A DNA stretch of 64,000 bases from Eledone cirrhosa (lineage: Eukaryota), in NCBI GenBank assembly GCA_964016885.1, contig OZ024755.1, forward strand, positions 4,712,001 through 4,776,000. Direction: 5' to 3'. Numbering within the stretch: position 1 is the stretch's first letter; every line of letters starts with the position of its first letter. The position numbers and the translations under genes were made by a program. The notes under the pieces are model-generated. The model was not told the DNA's origin and did no database searches. It saw only the letters and a list, made by a program, of their open reading frames with translations. Below, in pieces: positions 44,863 through 58,923 of the stretch.

Positions 44863-46375
44863 TTACTGCCTAGGCCCAATATTAGACTTTAGTGTTGGGG
44901 GTGAGGGGGTGGGCAATCTAGTTCACAATTATTCTAAGGTGAAGTTTCATAATGAATATATCACCATAAATAGTGGATGCACCCTTGAAAAGTAGTGGGG
45001 CAGTAACATCCAGTAATCGCTCCCCTCATTCCTTTGCAATAGGTTCAACCTTGCCTACAAACAAAGGTACCCTTCCTTCCCCCAAAGTATATAAATGAAC
45101 TATAAGAAATTAAGTTTTAATTTCTTTAAATTATTTTCCCTTTTCTATGAGACTCATTAACAATTTCAGTTTGGTTTGTTTTGTTTTTCTCCAACTAAAT
45201 TCTTTTGGTGAACAACATTTAGTACATTATCCTGGAGAGGAGATGGGGTCTGCCAAGTTTTAAAATGCCCTAGAAATGCCATATATCAATACAGTGCACT
45301 ACGGCTCCCTCGAGGGTTGGGTATATGATCCCATAACTCCTAAGGGAGTTGTAGGGGCGCTGTATCTTAATACAGTGTTTCTAGAGCATTTTTTTTTAAA
45401 TTTGGCAAAACCCATCTTCTTTCAAGATCTGAATAGAGCAGATTTTATTTCAGAGAAGGATAGAAAGAGTGAGAGACTGGAAGTGGGAAAGAGATATAGA
45501 GGAAGAATCGACAAAATTCACCTCCTCTCAGGGTGCATGGGATTTAAAGACATTACTCTATAACTTGATTTAAGAAAAAAAAACGAATTCGAGCTTGTAA
45601 CTTTGGAAATAGAAAAAAAGGTCAATTTGAGATTAGATACGTTTTTTTAGATAAGTTTAAGCTAAGATCGTGGAGAATATTTGTGTTTTGGTTCCACAAG
45701 GGTAGCAGAAATAATAGAATGTGGTTCTTCTCATATTCAACATATTCAGATTAGGCCTGGAGAGGGATGGACTCTTGCAGGCAGGCTTAAAATGCTCAAG
45801 AAATGCTGTATGTGAATACAGTGCCATCAGGAGTTACAGGACATTACCATATTCAGCATCACAGTAATATTTTACCAGTATTTATTTAACTCAATGGGGC
45901 ACCATGGTTGAGAAGTTTAGGTATTACTTAGTGAGTTTCTATTACATATATTTGAAATAGATATGAGTTTTGTCATCAACATCTGTTGCACTGTGACCCC
46001 TTTAGTTCATTCAGTTTTTTAACATGTTAGAAAATAAGTTATCAGCTTCTTGTCAGGGGAGGGGAATTGGGGTTGTTTTTTTTCACCCCTAAGTACCATA
46101 GAGACTAGGAGAAATAGTAAAACACCAGACTAAATGCTTGACACTGTTATATATTTCAAGAGTGGTATATGATGGTGTGTATATTCATATATATATAGAG
46201 AGATAAGACATGTATATATATATATATATAATAGTAATAATAAATTTGAAGACTAAAATCCAAAGAGGGCTCGATAAGGATAAATATATATCAGATATAT
46301 ATATCCCGTTTAGGGTGAAAGCAGCGATTCTTTGCTTAAACTTTAACTGTTATTTTAAATATATATATATATATC

Positions 46376-46600
46376 ATCATCATCGTTTAATGTCTATCTT
46401 CCACGCTAGCATGGGTTAGACGGGAATTGTCCCACTTGAGGCAAGATTAGTCGGGTGACCATGTCTCGCTCGTATAGGACTATCTGGCAGGTTTTCTACG
46501 GCTGGATGCCCTTCCTAACACCAACCACATATACAGTGTGGACTGGGAGCTTTTTACCGTGTTACCTAGATGACCACATTACAGCGTGGACTGTATTTTT
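46376..46600 (-). mobile_element. Non-autonomous RTE-tailed element. Copies: ~3175-3500, 23790-24060, 29365-29730, 31165-31750, 53915-54340 and 16545-16770+
   Basis: (CAT)n-TTTAATGTC..CCATGCTAGCATGGGTT..CTGGATGCCCTTCCTAACACCAACCAC..ACAGTGTGGACTGGG is shared between copies. Confidence 0.7.
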
Positions 46601-46604
46601 TTCT

Positions 46605-46649
<45 letters not shown>

Positions 46650-47175
46650 ATGTGTGTGTCTGTGTATTTATATATATATACATTAGTCAAAATGATGGGG
46701 ATATATATATATATACACATGTATATATACAAATATATACACATATATGTATAACCTATGGAATTATATACCAGATCAACATGGTGTCAGATATATTACA
46801 ATAATTAAGAAAGAAATAAAGGTTAACTTTGGCTTTCATCCTTACGAGGTCGATAAAATAAAGTACCAGTAATGTACGGAAATAATTGCTGGCCTTGTGC
46901 CAAAAGTAGAAACAATTATATTAATCGTTTTTTTTTAATTTTAATAAACTCTGATGATTCCTCAGGTTTGTGCTTACAGCAGTGTTGAATGAAATAATTT
47001 ACTGTTTAATGTATATTCTTATAGGAGGAAATAATTGTCATGTATTTGAATGTCTTAAACTTTTAATTTTAGTTTGTAATTAGATTATAATTATATATTG
47101 GTTGTTTCATTCTATCATAACATTGAGTTAAAATACACCTGGTAAATGAGTAAAATCTATTTTTTACTCTCTTAA

Positions 47176-47179
47176 ATAT

Positions 47180-47252
<73 letters not shown>

Positions 47253-47295
47253 ATGTGTGTATACATATATTTGTATATATGTATATATGTATGTG

Positions 47296-47340
<45 letters not shown>

Positions 47341-47657
47341 ATGTATATATATATGTATGTGTATGTATATATATGTATGTGTATGTATATATATGTATGT
47401 GTATGTATATATATATATATATATATATGTGTGTATATATATATGTATGTGTATGTATATATATGTATGTGTATGTATATATATGTATGTGTATGTATAT
47501 ATATATGTATGTGTATGTATGTATATGTATATATACATATATATGTATGTATGTGTATATATATATATAATGTATGTATATATATATATGTATATATATA
47601 TATATGTATATATACATATATATATATACGTATATATATATACGTATATATATATAC

Positions 47658-47704
<47 letters not shown>

Positions 47705-47719
47705 CGTATATATATATAC

Positions 47720-47750
<31 letters not shown>

Positions 47751-47770
47751 CATATATATATATACGTATA

Positions 47771-47823
<53 letters not shown>

Positions 47824-47851
47824 GTATATATATACGTATATATATATATAC

Positions 47852-47884
<33 letters not shown>

Positions 47885-47941
47885 CATATATATATATACA
47901 TATATATATACATATATATATATACACACATATATATATAC

Positions 47942-47996
<55 letters not shown>

Positions 47997-48033
47997 CATA
48001 TAAATATATATATACATACATATATATATATAC

Positions 48034-48080
<47 letters not shown>

Positions 48081-48088
48081 CACATACA
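47176..48088. repeat. ~0.9-kb interrupted (TA)n / alternating purine-pyrimidine tract
   Basis: Visible directly. Confidence 0.95.
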
Positions 48089-48398
48089 CAGAGAAAAGAG
48101 ACCGAGAGTAAGTTTCAGAAAAAAAGAGTATGTGACAGAGAGGGGGGAGGGAGTAACTGAAAGTAAAAGGAAGACAGAGACAGTGAGAGGGAGGGAATTG
48201 CAGTCAGTAAGAAAGAAGGAGAGTGAGAGGATAAGGAGGAGCAGTGCGTGTATGTGTATGTGTGTGTGTGAGTGTAGCGCTCCTTTTTAAGATAACAGTA
48301 GGATAGAGTAGAAAACGAGCTAAGTGCGATCGGAGTTTACTGTGGTACTAAAATAATTATAGCTACTAGTTCGGACTATCAGTCAGGATTTTTTTACG

Positions 48399-48462
48399 AT
48401 GGCTGATCGTAAGGCTAAAAAAGAAAAGGAATTGCTTCTTGTATTCGAAGGTCAAGTCAGAG
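48399..48462 (+). CDS. SRGAP: First coding exon of a SLIT-ROBO Rho GTPase-activating protein (srGAP)-like gene: MADRKAKKEKELLLVFEGQVR
   Basis: ATG, then a strong AG|gtaagt donor in phase 1. The peptide resembles the recalled srGAP N-terminus KKDKEIIAEYESQVKE. No second exon was found in the window. Confidence 0.75.
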
Positions 48463-48801
48463 GTAAGTTGTGTTATTATTTTTTTGACAAAGAGAGAGAG
48501 AGAGAATGAAAGTATGAGAGCCGTTGTCTTCTGACTTGGTTTCATTTAAAGTGGATGGCGTGAGGCATATGTAACGCATTTATCTTTCTACAACAATATT
48601 ATATTTCTTTATTATTTTCTATCTCTGTTTCTTACTTTCTTGCCCTGTTTCTGTCTATCTTAGACTGCATTTACAGATTCTCATCAACCATTGTTCTATT
48701 CCTCACACAACATTGACGTATCTTCTAATATATTACTGTCAGAATCATGTGCCAAATTCTGTGACTCTTTCTCTCTCCCGTTCCATGATCTCTCTCTCTC
48801 T

Positions 48802-48863
<62 letters not shown>

Positions 48864-50157
48864 CGACAACACTACTATATGTGTGTATATACATATATAT
48901 ATATATAACGACAACACTACTATATGTGTGTGTATATTATATATATATAAATATATATTTATATATATAACAACACTACTATATGTGTGTGTATATATAG
49001 TAAACACTACTATATATGAGTGTGTGTGTGTATATATATATATATCGTATAGTACTATGTATAATGGTATTAAAAGTATTGCCAATTATTCGGTTTACCT
49101 ACAAGTCAGGAGGTTTAGGTATTTTACGATATGTAAAATATATTTTGTGTCAATAGTATTCTTACATATATACACCTATTTCTAATAGTTTCGATTTTCT
49201 ATCGAACTCTCCTCATTGATATCCCTACTATGAATCTTATTACGAACTCTCCTCATTTCCTTTCACCTCACCTATATATGAATTTGACACTTCATGGCCT
49301 GTATTTTTTTGTATAAGAAATTCAATACTTAACGGCTTTGACATGTGGGTGTCTAAATCTATAATAATTCATAAAAACAAACAGAAGCTATATTAGTATT
49401 ATTTAGTATTATAATAATATTATATTTAGTATTCTCATTTTCTTTTATTTATTTGCACAAATCCCGCCGAGGTTAACTTTGCCTTTCATCCTTACGGAGT
49501 CGATGAAATAAAGTACCAGTAATGTACTAGGAAATTGCTGACCTTGTGCCAAAAGTAGAAACAATTATTTATTTGTAATGTTATTTATACAACGTTTTAG
49601 TATATACCTTGCTTGTTATAGTTGAGACACATGCACATACAGAGATACAAAACACACACACATACACACAAACAAACACACACACACATACACACAAACA
49701 GCAAACACACACAAACAAACACACACGGAGATATACAGAAAGAGATAGAGACAAACACACATATAGATACCATCACATATACAGTCACAAACACATACAC
49801 ACACATAGAGACCCATTCACATCGACACACACACATACACTCAAAGACACAACACACACACATACATACATACATACATGAAATTGGGTGTCGTTGAAAA
49901 TGTAGCAATTTTCCAATCAATATTGGTGTTCTATATATCGTTCTGTCTACAAAGGTTGATATAGAATTCAATATATACAGTTTTAGATTCTTAAGATTAT
50001 TGCTTTCCTTAGATTAGGAAAGAATTGGACGTTAATTCTAGTGCTTCGTACATTTTTTTGTTTCGTTTTTAGTTAAATTTAACTCAAACTAGCAGATTAG
50101 AATTATTCGAAGCACTGGAAGGTATTTTGGGTCGCAAGATATTTATATTGAGTGTTT

Positions 50158-50219
<62 letters not shown>

Positions 50220-50336
50220 CAAGTATATAGACGGAGAAATTAGCTTTTAAATCATTTTTAATTCCTTAACATATTTCAAAAGAGTTGTATAACCAATAAT
50301 TGGAATAGTGTTAGGTGAAATTCGTATAATCGATAT

Positions 50337-50403
<67 letters not shown>

Positions 50404-50519
50404 ACATGTATATATTATAATATATATATATGTATGTATGTGTGTGTGTATATATATATGCATGGGAGATTTATAATGTGTATATATGTATATATATATA
50501 TACACACACGTGTGTGTGT

Positions 50520-50760
50520 GAATGCAAAAGATATGCAGAGTCTGAGGAGAAATGAAGTGAGCATGCTCCGTTGAATGTGTAATGTTAGTGTGGATGAGCT
50601 AAGAGAAAACCGTGGTATGAGAGGAGACTGCTCTGGTATGGACATGTGATGTGTATGGAGGATAAACGTTGAGTGAAGAAGTAACAAGAAATGCCAGTGG
50701 AAGGAAGTTGCAGTAGAGGATGATTATGACTGAGAAAAACATGGGTGGGGATAGAGCTGG
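50520..50760 (+). mobile_element. Degraded RTE 3' fragment
   Basis: DMQSLRRNEVSMLR*MC..DELRE..WYGHV. Confidence 0.65.
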
Positions 50761-50788
50761 TTGTAAATGTTGAATGTCAGCTCATATA

Positions 50789-50837
<49 letters not shown>

Positions 50838-51080
50838 GTGCAAAAAGTAAACAGAAACAACAAAGCAAATGGCACAGTACAATAAAGAAATATATTAGTT
50901 TAATACTTGATATAGTAGGAAAAGTGTTTCAACGTTTCAGACACGTGTCCTTCATCAGAATATCGAATGAGAAATGAAAGATGAAATAGATAGAAAGTGA
51001 GAAGCAGAAATGTAAAAATCATTTATTTGAAAAAAAAACACACGTGTATATTCAGTCAGCCATTCCATTTTGGAGTGAGG
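50838..51080 (-). mobile_element. Second copy of the (TA)n-flanked hammerhead element
   Basis: Shares AAACAGAAA..CAGTA..TATATTAG..CTTGATATAG.AGGAA..GTTTCAGAC...GTCCTTCATCAGAA..GAATGAGAAAT with 7400-7626. Confidence 0.65.
50927..50962 (-). ncRNA. Minimal type I hammerhead ribozyme motif
   Basis: Minus strand: tatt-CTGATGA-aGGAC acgt GTCT-GAAA-cg-TT-gaaa. Confidence 0.55.
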
Positions 51081-51649
51081 ATATATATATATATATATAT
51101 ATATATAAGTGTATGTATATAAAGAAGGTGTCATTAGAATGCTTTGCTGTCCCTGTTGCAGCTGTCTAGACTCATAGTTCAAATCACACTGAGGTTAACT
51201 TTACCTTTCGTCCTTTCGAGATCAATAAATAAAACCACAGTTCAATACTAAAGTCAATTCTTCCTTTACACACATATTCTCTCACCCCCCTCTCTTTCTT
51301 ATTCTACGCTCTCTCTCTCTACTATCTCTCTACACATACTCTCTCTCTCTCTGAAATCATCTGTGTTCTTCCGGAGAGGGATGGGCTCTTCCAAGTATGT
51401 AATGCCAGTACCCCTATGATTCCATTACGTGTCAAGGACCCTCCAAAATGTGTGTGACTGAATATATATTTCCCTATGTGTGTTTGATTATTTGTCTTTC
51501 ACTGTATCACATCACCATCGCACTTCTCATACAGTCTCTTTTCTGTTTGGAGAGAAAATCCATTTACTGTCAACAGAGGTAATAACTCTATGAACTTTTT
51601 CCAGCCTGTTGTTATTATAACTATTATGTTTTCAAAGCAACCTCCTCCA

Positions 51650-52451
51650 CTGCTAAGTAACAGAAGCTATCACCTACTTCTATGGTAACTTTCCTGTGAC
51701 AGGTTTATTTCACTGCTGACATTACTACCCATTAACCCTGTATATCTACCACATGCAAAGTCTACTTTTTCTATTAGCCTGCCTACAATCCCACTACACC
51801 TCATGTACCCCATACCTTACATTGTGTATATCATATAAAGTCTCTAACTACTAGATATCGACCATGGCCACTTCCTTATAGAATCCAGAGCTTTGTTCTC
51901 TTTCCTACTTACTGAAATTTTGGTATTTGCTAGGTTTACTCTGAGCCCTTTTAATTCTAAGTTCGCTCTCCACAACAGGAATTTCTTCTCAAGCTCTTTC
52001 ACAGATTTGCAAATAAGAACCAGATCATGAACTTACAGAAGTTCCCACGGGCAGCCAGGCTTTGGTTCGGGGGTGGTGGGGCTAGGACTGACCTTTGATA
52101 AACATCCACCAATACATTGAATTCCTCCCTAAACTCGTTACCTACTTTAATTTTCTGACAACACCTCTGTATATGGCTTGCACTGCTTTCATGAGCCACC
52201 CAGTTTCCTTAAGAACCACCAGATGACAGATCAGGGTACTCTGTCAAAAGCCTTTTCCAGATTTACAAAATCTCGGTATAGAAGCTTACACTTAGCTAGT
52301 AACTTCTCTAGTAGTTGTCTTACAAAGAAGAGATTGTGATGCTTCATTCTCATTAAAAAAAACTAAATTACATCTTAGCTAATTTGTCTCTTTTCATAAT
52401 TAATTGTGCTAACATTCTTATCATCACTTTCATAACTTCATCCTCCAGTTT

Positions 52452-52484
<33 letters not shown>

Positions 52485-53010
52485 ATATATATACATATAT
52501 ATCTGTCTCTCTCTCTCTATATATATATATCTGTAAAAGGTATATATATATATATATATGTATGTGTGTATACATATATATCTGTCTCTCTCTCTCTCTC
52601 TGTATATATCTGTAAAAGGTATATATATGTGTGTGTGTGTGTGTGTAGCTCTCTCTCTATATATATATAGGTAGATAGAGAGAGAGAAGGGGAGATAGAC
52701 ATAGTAGATATAGATATATATGTTACTGAAAAAAATTGTATTAATTAGGTAGAGAATTAAGCTAAATGAGATGTAGTTTGGCTTTATGCCAGGCAAGAGT
52801 ACTTGCTGTCTTCTTCCTTGTGAGATAGCACACATCCAGCAAAGCATACATACACACTTCATGTCTTTAGCCACTGCAGATCTTCTGTACACAGGGTCTA
52901 TGTCTCACTGCTATGCAGCATAACAGTTCAAACATAAGTATTATATAACCTGCCCTTCATTCTGAGGTAACAGCTCTCTGAATTTCTTCCACCCTGTTCT
53001 CACTCTGGCA
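51650..53010 (-). mobile_element. Degraded RTE reverse-transcriptase fragments, interrupted by (TA)n
   Basis: LY..FVNLEKAFDRVP and KIKVGNEFREEFNVLVDVYQ.SVL on the minus strand. Confidence 0.7.
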
Positions 53011-54389
53011 TGGTATGGTCCCATAACTCCCGATAGAGTTTAGGGTGTGCCATATTGACATACATCATTTCTTGGGTATTTTAAACCTGGTGGACACCAT
53101 CCTTCTCCAGGCCTGAGTACAGCAGATTTCTTCCAAAGAGAAGAATCGACCCCAGTACTAGACTGGTACTTCTTTTATCAACCTCGAAAGGATGAAAGGT
53201 AACGTTGTCCTTGGTGGGATTTGAACTCAGAGAGTAGAATGAATGCCATAAAATATTCTATTCAATGTTTTAATGACTCTGCCAATGTGCTGCCTCTATC
53301 TACAACATATTCAATACAAATACCTGCACACCTCCACTGCTAATGGGGTCTCTTAGATTGTGAACTTTCCAAGTATCATATACAAGAGAGTTCTTCATAT
53401 CCAGAGTATTCTTACTGTTGACTGCTCCTGTGCACCTGTCATATATAAAGTCAATCTTCTCTGCCAGCCTACCTGTAATCCTGCAATATCTCTTCTGTAT
53501 CCACTGTCCACACTAGGTGGAACCATATGGAATTTCGACATACTTTTTCACCATAGTCAACATGGATATTTACATGTGTGTGTATGTGTACATGCTAAGA
53601 AAGTTGTGTTTCCATCTCCTTAGCCAGTATCTGTGTCTGTGTGTTTGTTCTAGTTGGGTTTAGGTCAGTTGTCAATATAAATCAATCTATATGGCAGTTT
53701 ATGTTTTGTGAGTGTTATGAGGTGTGATCATTGTATTGGTATTACATAATGAAGTAGTTCTCTGTGTTTGTTAGATTATTTATGTCTTCTGTGTAGGTTA
53801 TTACATTTATATTGTGGATGTATGGTATATGTATTGGTTGTGTGTTATTTCCTTAGATAGTCCAGCAGGATGTTTAATGTGATAGTAATGTATTTATCAT
53901 TATATTAATGTTTGTCATCATTTAAAGTCTACTTTCCCTACTAGTAAGGGTTGGACAGGTCTTCATAGACCAAGTCAGTGTTTAATTAGTGTTAAGCTTT
54001 CAGGTGGGCTGGAGAGCCTGCAACTTACATACATTCCTGCACACTAGGGTGCATCTTATCGTGTCACCAAGACAAAAGAAGTTGTGCCCATCACACAACT
54101 GAAGATTATTCTTGACACTTTACCTGGCAGGTTTTCTATGACTGGATGTCCTTATCATCCACTACGTTAGAGTGTACTGGGTGTGTTTTATCACGTCACC
54201 AGAGGTTATTTATATCCTTGACACAACTGAAGAGTCCTCCCAATCCTTTCAGGCATGCTTTCTACAGCTGGGTGCCCTTACTATCACCAATCACATTACA
54301 GAGTGTACTGGGTGCATTTTTTTGTGACACCAACACTAGAGAATTTGTACATATGTGTGTGTGTATAAATATGTATATAATATTTATAT

Positions 54390-55080
54390 TTACCTATATG
54401 CAAAATGTAAGCTGCTCTATCTAGCTTTTGTTGATCTGGAGAATGTCTTTGATAGTTATATTATCTGTCATCTGATAGACTTTAAAGAAATTAGAAGTGA
54501 ATGAGTTGCTTGTGAGAGCTGTGCAAGCTAAGTACACACGTATGGTCAGCAAAGTATGAGTAGTTAATGAATTTAGTGAGTAATTCAATGTGCATGTATG
54601 TGTTCACCAGGGCTCAGTCCTCAGTCCCCTTGTGTTTATTATAGTTCTCAAGAGCACATCAGAAGAATTTAAGACCAGATGCTCATTGGAACTTTTGTAT
54701 GGTATCAACCTCGTTTGTAATCCTGAGAAGAGTATCCTACTGTCGAAACAGAACTTAGAATTAAAGGGATTCAGAATAAAGTTAGCAAAGACCAACGTTT
54801 TAGTAAGTAGAAAAGAACCCAAGACTGATCTCACCAGCGTAGTAACCATGCTCAGTATGTAGAAAAGGAGTTATAGGAAGTACACATTGGTAGTTAGCTT
54901 TAAGAGCCCACAGTGTAATAAAGTTTCTCCAATCTCAGGTGAGATCCATAGAAGTAATTGATAGCTTCTGTTTACCTAGGTGACCTAAGTAGCAGTGGAG
55001 GAGGATGTTTTGAAAGTATATATAGTAGCTAGATTAAGCACAGGATGGAAAACGTTCAGAGATCTACTGCCATGGTAAAT
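54390..55080 (+). mobile_element. Degraded RTE reverse-transcriptase fragment
   Basis: LYLAFVDLENVFD, VHQGSVLSPLVFIIVL, SFCLPR.LSS.GG. Confidence 0.75.
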
Positions 55081-55297
55081 AAAAGATTTGTACACAATAC
55101 TAAGGCTTTACTGAACACAATATTCGGTTGTGAACAATGTAATCAAACCTTAGGCGAGCACATATATGCGTTCAAATCACAAGGGACAAAAACCGCTAGG
55201 GTGAAGCGAATACTGATATAAGATAATATGGTTCACTAGACTCAAAGCTACTTTGGTTGTAAGGGACTAATTTTAGTTTTTAACTCAATATATTCTT

Positions 55298-55338
<41 letters not shown>

Positions 55339-55550
55339 AACCATCTGGTTGTGGAACCAACCAACCAACCAACCGGAAATTTATAAATTCCTAAATTTAT
55401 AAATTTATTATAATAAATTGAAGTGAAAGCAACTGGTGCGTGTGTTTCTTATTGGCAACATGACCCTGCCAAAGTATAACAATATCGGTTTCAACACACG
55501 TTTTCAGATAAAAAAATCTTGCTAAACAAATATATATATATATATATATA

Positions 55551-55723
55551 CAGTGAAATTCCGTCATAACGAAATTCACAAGGTATAAAAAAAATTCGTT
55601 GTAACGAAACATTCTTTATAACGATATCGACCTAATACATCGAGCATGTGCCCAGGGATTGAAAAATATTTCGTTATACTGAAAAATTCGTTATAATGGA
55701 TTTGTTATAACGGAATTTTACCT

Positions 55724-55724
<1 letters not shown>
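55551..55724. mobile_element. pogo/Tigger-like MITE within (TA)n
   Basis: TA-CAGTGAAATTCCGTCATAAC ... GTTATAACGGAATTTTACCTG-TA. Confidence 0.7.
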
Positions 55725-55763
<39 letters not shown>

Positions 55764-56435
55764 TCACATACATATTTATGTATAAATGGGAGTGCAATTG
55801 TGTATATATATTTATATTTATTTTATTATACATCCATTATATATATATGCCTAATGTTTGTATTCGTGTGACTGATTCTGTTCACATACATAATGTTTGA
55901 ATTTACGTATGTATATGTAGCATACATAATCTCAATATATGTATTCGATTATATATATATATATATGTGTGTGTATGTTTTGGCGTGCTCGAATAATCTT
56001 CTTGTTTCGGTGTAGAGTTTATAATTAAAGATAAGGAAAGATTCGTTGTGACGGCGGTTCTGATATCTAAACTATGTTGTCTAAATTTCAGTTAGAAATA
56101 TGGAAATAATTCTGGCTGTAAAAGCAGGCATGAGATCTCTTCTGCTGCGGTAGAATGAGGAGGCACCTGAAATTTGCAGACTGCTGCTATGTTTTAATAA
56201 TAATACTGTTCTCATAGTAGTTGTATCATACATTGGCATAATTCGTTTGGGATGTGTCTGGGTTCTTATGACCGTCATTCATTTCCTAAAGGCTATTTAT
56301 TTAAAGACGAATATATGTATATTTGTTAAGTATTGTATATATTATTTGCGTCTATTTTCATTCTGAAAGAATCTCACTCATTGATTTTGAAACAGTAAAA
56401 CGAAAGATAGTTTATATTTGTAATGGTGCTTTGAC

Positions 56436-56473
<38 letters not shown>

Positions 56474-56877
56474 ATATATATATGTGTATATATATCTGTG
56501 TGTATGTATGTATATATAACCAGTTCCAAGTAAAACTCTTTTTCTGTTATATATATATAATTCACATCTAGGGTGTATTTGGGGGCAATAGTGATAGCAA
56601 ATCTTTATTCACGGTTGTATAAATAAATAACATTACATATAAATCGAAATCATGATTGGTGATTGGTGATATTTTTATTTATTGAACTCCAGAAAGATGA
56701 AAAGTAAAATTGACCTTGAAGAATAACTATAAATACCATTTATAACGATTCTGTCAATCTACACGGAATTGTATTTCAGAACCATTTCACAGTCTTTTAC
56801 TGCCAAATTATGACACCAACAGCTTAAAATAAATTATTTGGCATGTTTAATACGAATGGTTCCACTTTTTACCATTG

Positions 56878-57060
56878 GGGATTGGCAATAATCGGTAGAG
56901 CGTTGGGCAACATGCTTTGTGGCATATAGTCACGGTTCTGTATGTTCTGAGTTCAAATCCCGCTGAGGTTAGCTTTGCCTTTCATCCTTACAGGGTCGAT
57001 AAAATAAAGTACCAGTAATGCACTGCGGTCGATTTAATTGATATTCCCCCTCCCCCAACA
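56878..57060 (+). mobile_element. SINE family A, near full length
   Basis: A box, B box and core as at 2762. Confidence 0.8.
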
Positions 57061-57491
57061 TTAGCAGCCAAATTGCTTTAAATCATGCTCTACCGCCTTA
57101 GTGTCTCTTTGTGGTCTCACGACCTACTAAAAATAGCAGCAATACTCTCTTCAAATCCTTTTCTTATTTATTTTTTTAAAGACATTTAATAATATAGTCC
57201 AAAATAAATTATACTTGGAAAATTGAAAGGTAGGATGGTCTGAATTGGAACGTCTTTGGTCATAGGTTTGCTTGGTCTAGTTTGACTTGGAGCTAAACAA
57301 CAACAACCGTTCACAACATTCATTCATTAATCAATGTCCGATTAGATTTTATCAAAGGCGGTCTTCTGAGTGTCACCCTATCGATTTCTTCATTTAGTTG
57401 GAACGTCTTAGTCATATATCGAACTATTTTAGATTAATATAATCCTCGAGGGGAAAACTATGAACTTCATGGAAGAGAGGCTTCGCTGGTA

Positions 57492-57529
<38 letters not shown>

Positions 57530-57679
57530 TACCAGCGAAGCCGCTCTTCCATGAAGTTCATTTATATATATATATATATATATATGTGTATATATATATA
57601 TATATGTGAGTGTGTGTGTATACTGTGTTAATAAATCATTAATATTAATACAGGAACTACCGATTTTTACTGCAGAGAT

Positions 57680-58222
57680 CATCACTATTATCACCATCAC
57701 CACTGTTATCACCATCAACATCACCACTATTATCACCATCACCACCATCACTGCTATCACCATCACCATCATCATCATCACCACCATCACTGCTATCACC
57801 ATCACCATCATCACCACCATCACCATCATCACCACCATCAACACCATCACCACCATCACTATTATCACCATCAACACCATCACCATCACCACCATCACCA
57901 CCATCACTATTATCACCATCAACACCATCACCATCGTCATCTGTTATCACCTATCATCATATCTGCAATATCAGTACAGAACCTTCCAACACCACTATTG
58001 CTATTTTCGGCTTCATCTATTTACTACTACTACTATTACTACTATTACTACTACTACTACTACTACTACTCTATCCAGTTATCCATCATATTTGTTACTA
58101 CTACAACCACCACCACCACCAACACCACCATTAATACCAATACCATCACCACACTATCCAGTTATCCATCATATTCGTTTACCACCACTACGACGACGAC
58201 GACGACGGCGACCACCACCACC

Positions 58223-58263
<41 letters not shown>

Positions 58264-58490
58264 CACCACTACCACCACCACCACTACCACCACCACCACT
58301 ACTACCACCACCACCACCGCCGCCACCACCACTACTACTACCACCACTACTACTACTACCACCACTACCACCACCACCACTACCACCACCACCACTACTA
58401 CCACCACCACCACCACCGCCACCACCACTACTACTACTTCCACCACCACAACTACTACTACTACCACCACCACCACTACTACTACCCACT
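57680..58490. repeat. Compound (CAC/CAT/TAC)n microsatellite
   Basis: Visible directly. Confidence 0.9.
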
Positions 58491-58887
58491 TCTGTGATAA
58501 TTTGTTCTTATATTATTGATAGTGCCACATCCATCACTACATCAATTCTTGACGGGGCATTATTGGAAATAGTTTGACATGGCTGGGCATTATTGGAAAT
58601 AGTTTGACATGGCTGGGCATTATTGGAAATAGTTTGACATGGCTGGGCATTATTGGTGATGCCACAACACAGCCATCATCGCATCAATTCTTGACGAGGT
58701 ATTATTGATAGAAATAGTTTGAAGTGATTCCCTCCTTTATCCTCGTCTACAGACTCTCATATTTATTAGCTGTTCCATATATATATAACGAAGGAAGTGT
58801 GGTAAGGAACCAGCTGGACCATAACGCACCAGAGTACTCAATACTTAGGGTAGTCCAGAAATAGCCGTCGAAACGTCGAAACTCTCT

Positions 58888-58923
<36 letters not shown>

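Noticed and set aside
47069-48290. YI/VY-rich ORFs of up to 338 aa
   Set aside because: Translation of (TA)n.
56040-56290. Unique-looking sequence as srGAP exon 2
   Set aside because: No phase-1 acceptor gives an F-BAR-like open frame; the same holds for 59460-59750. It might be regulatory, but nothing supports that.
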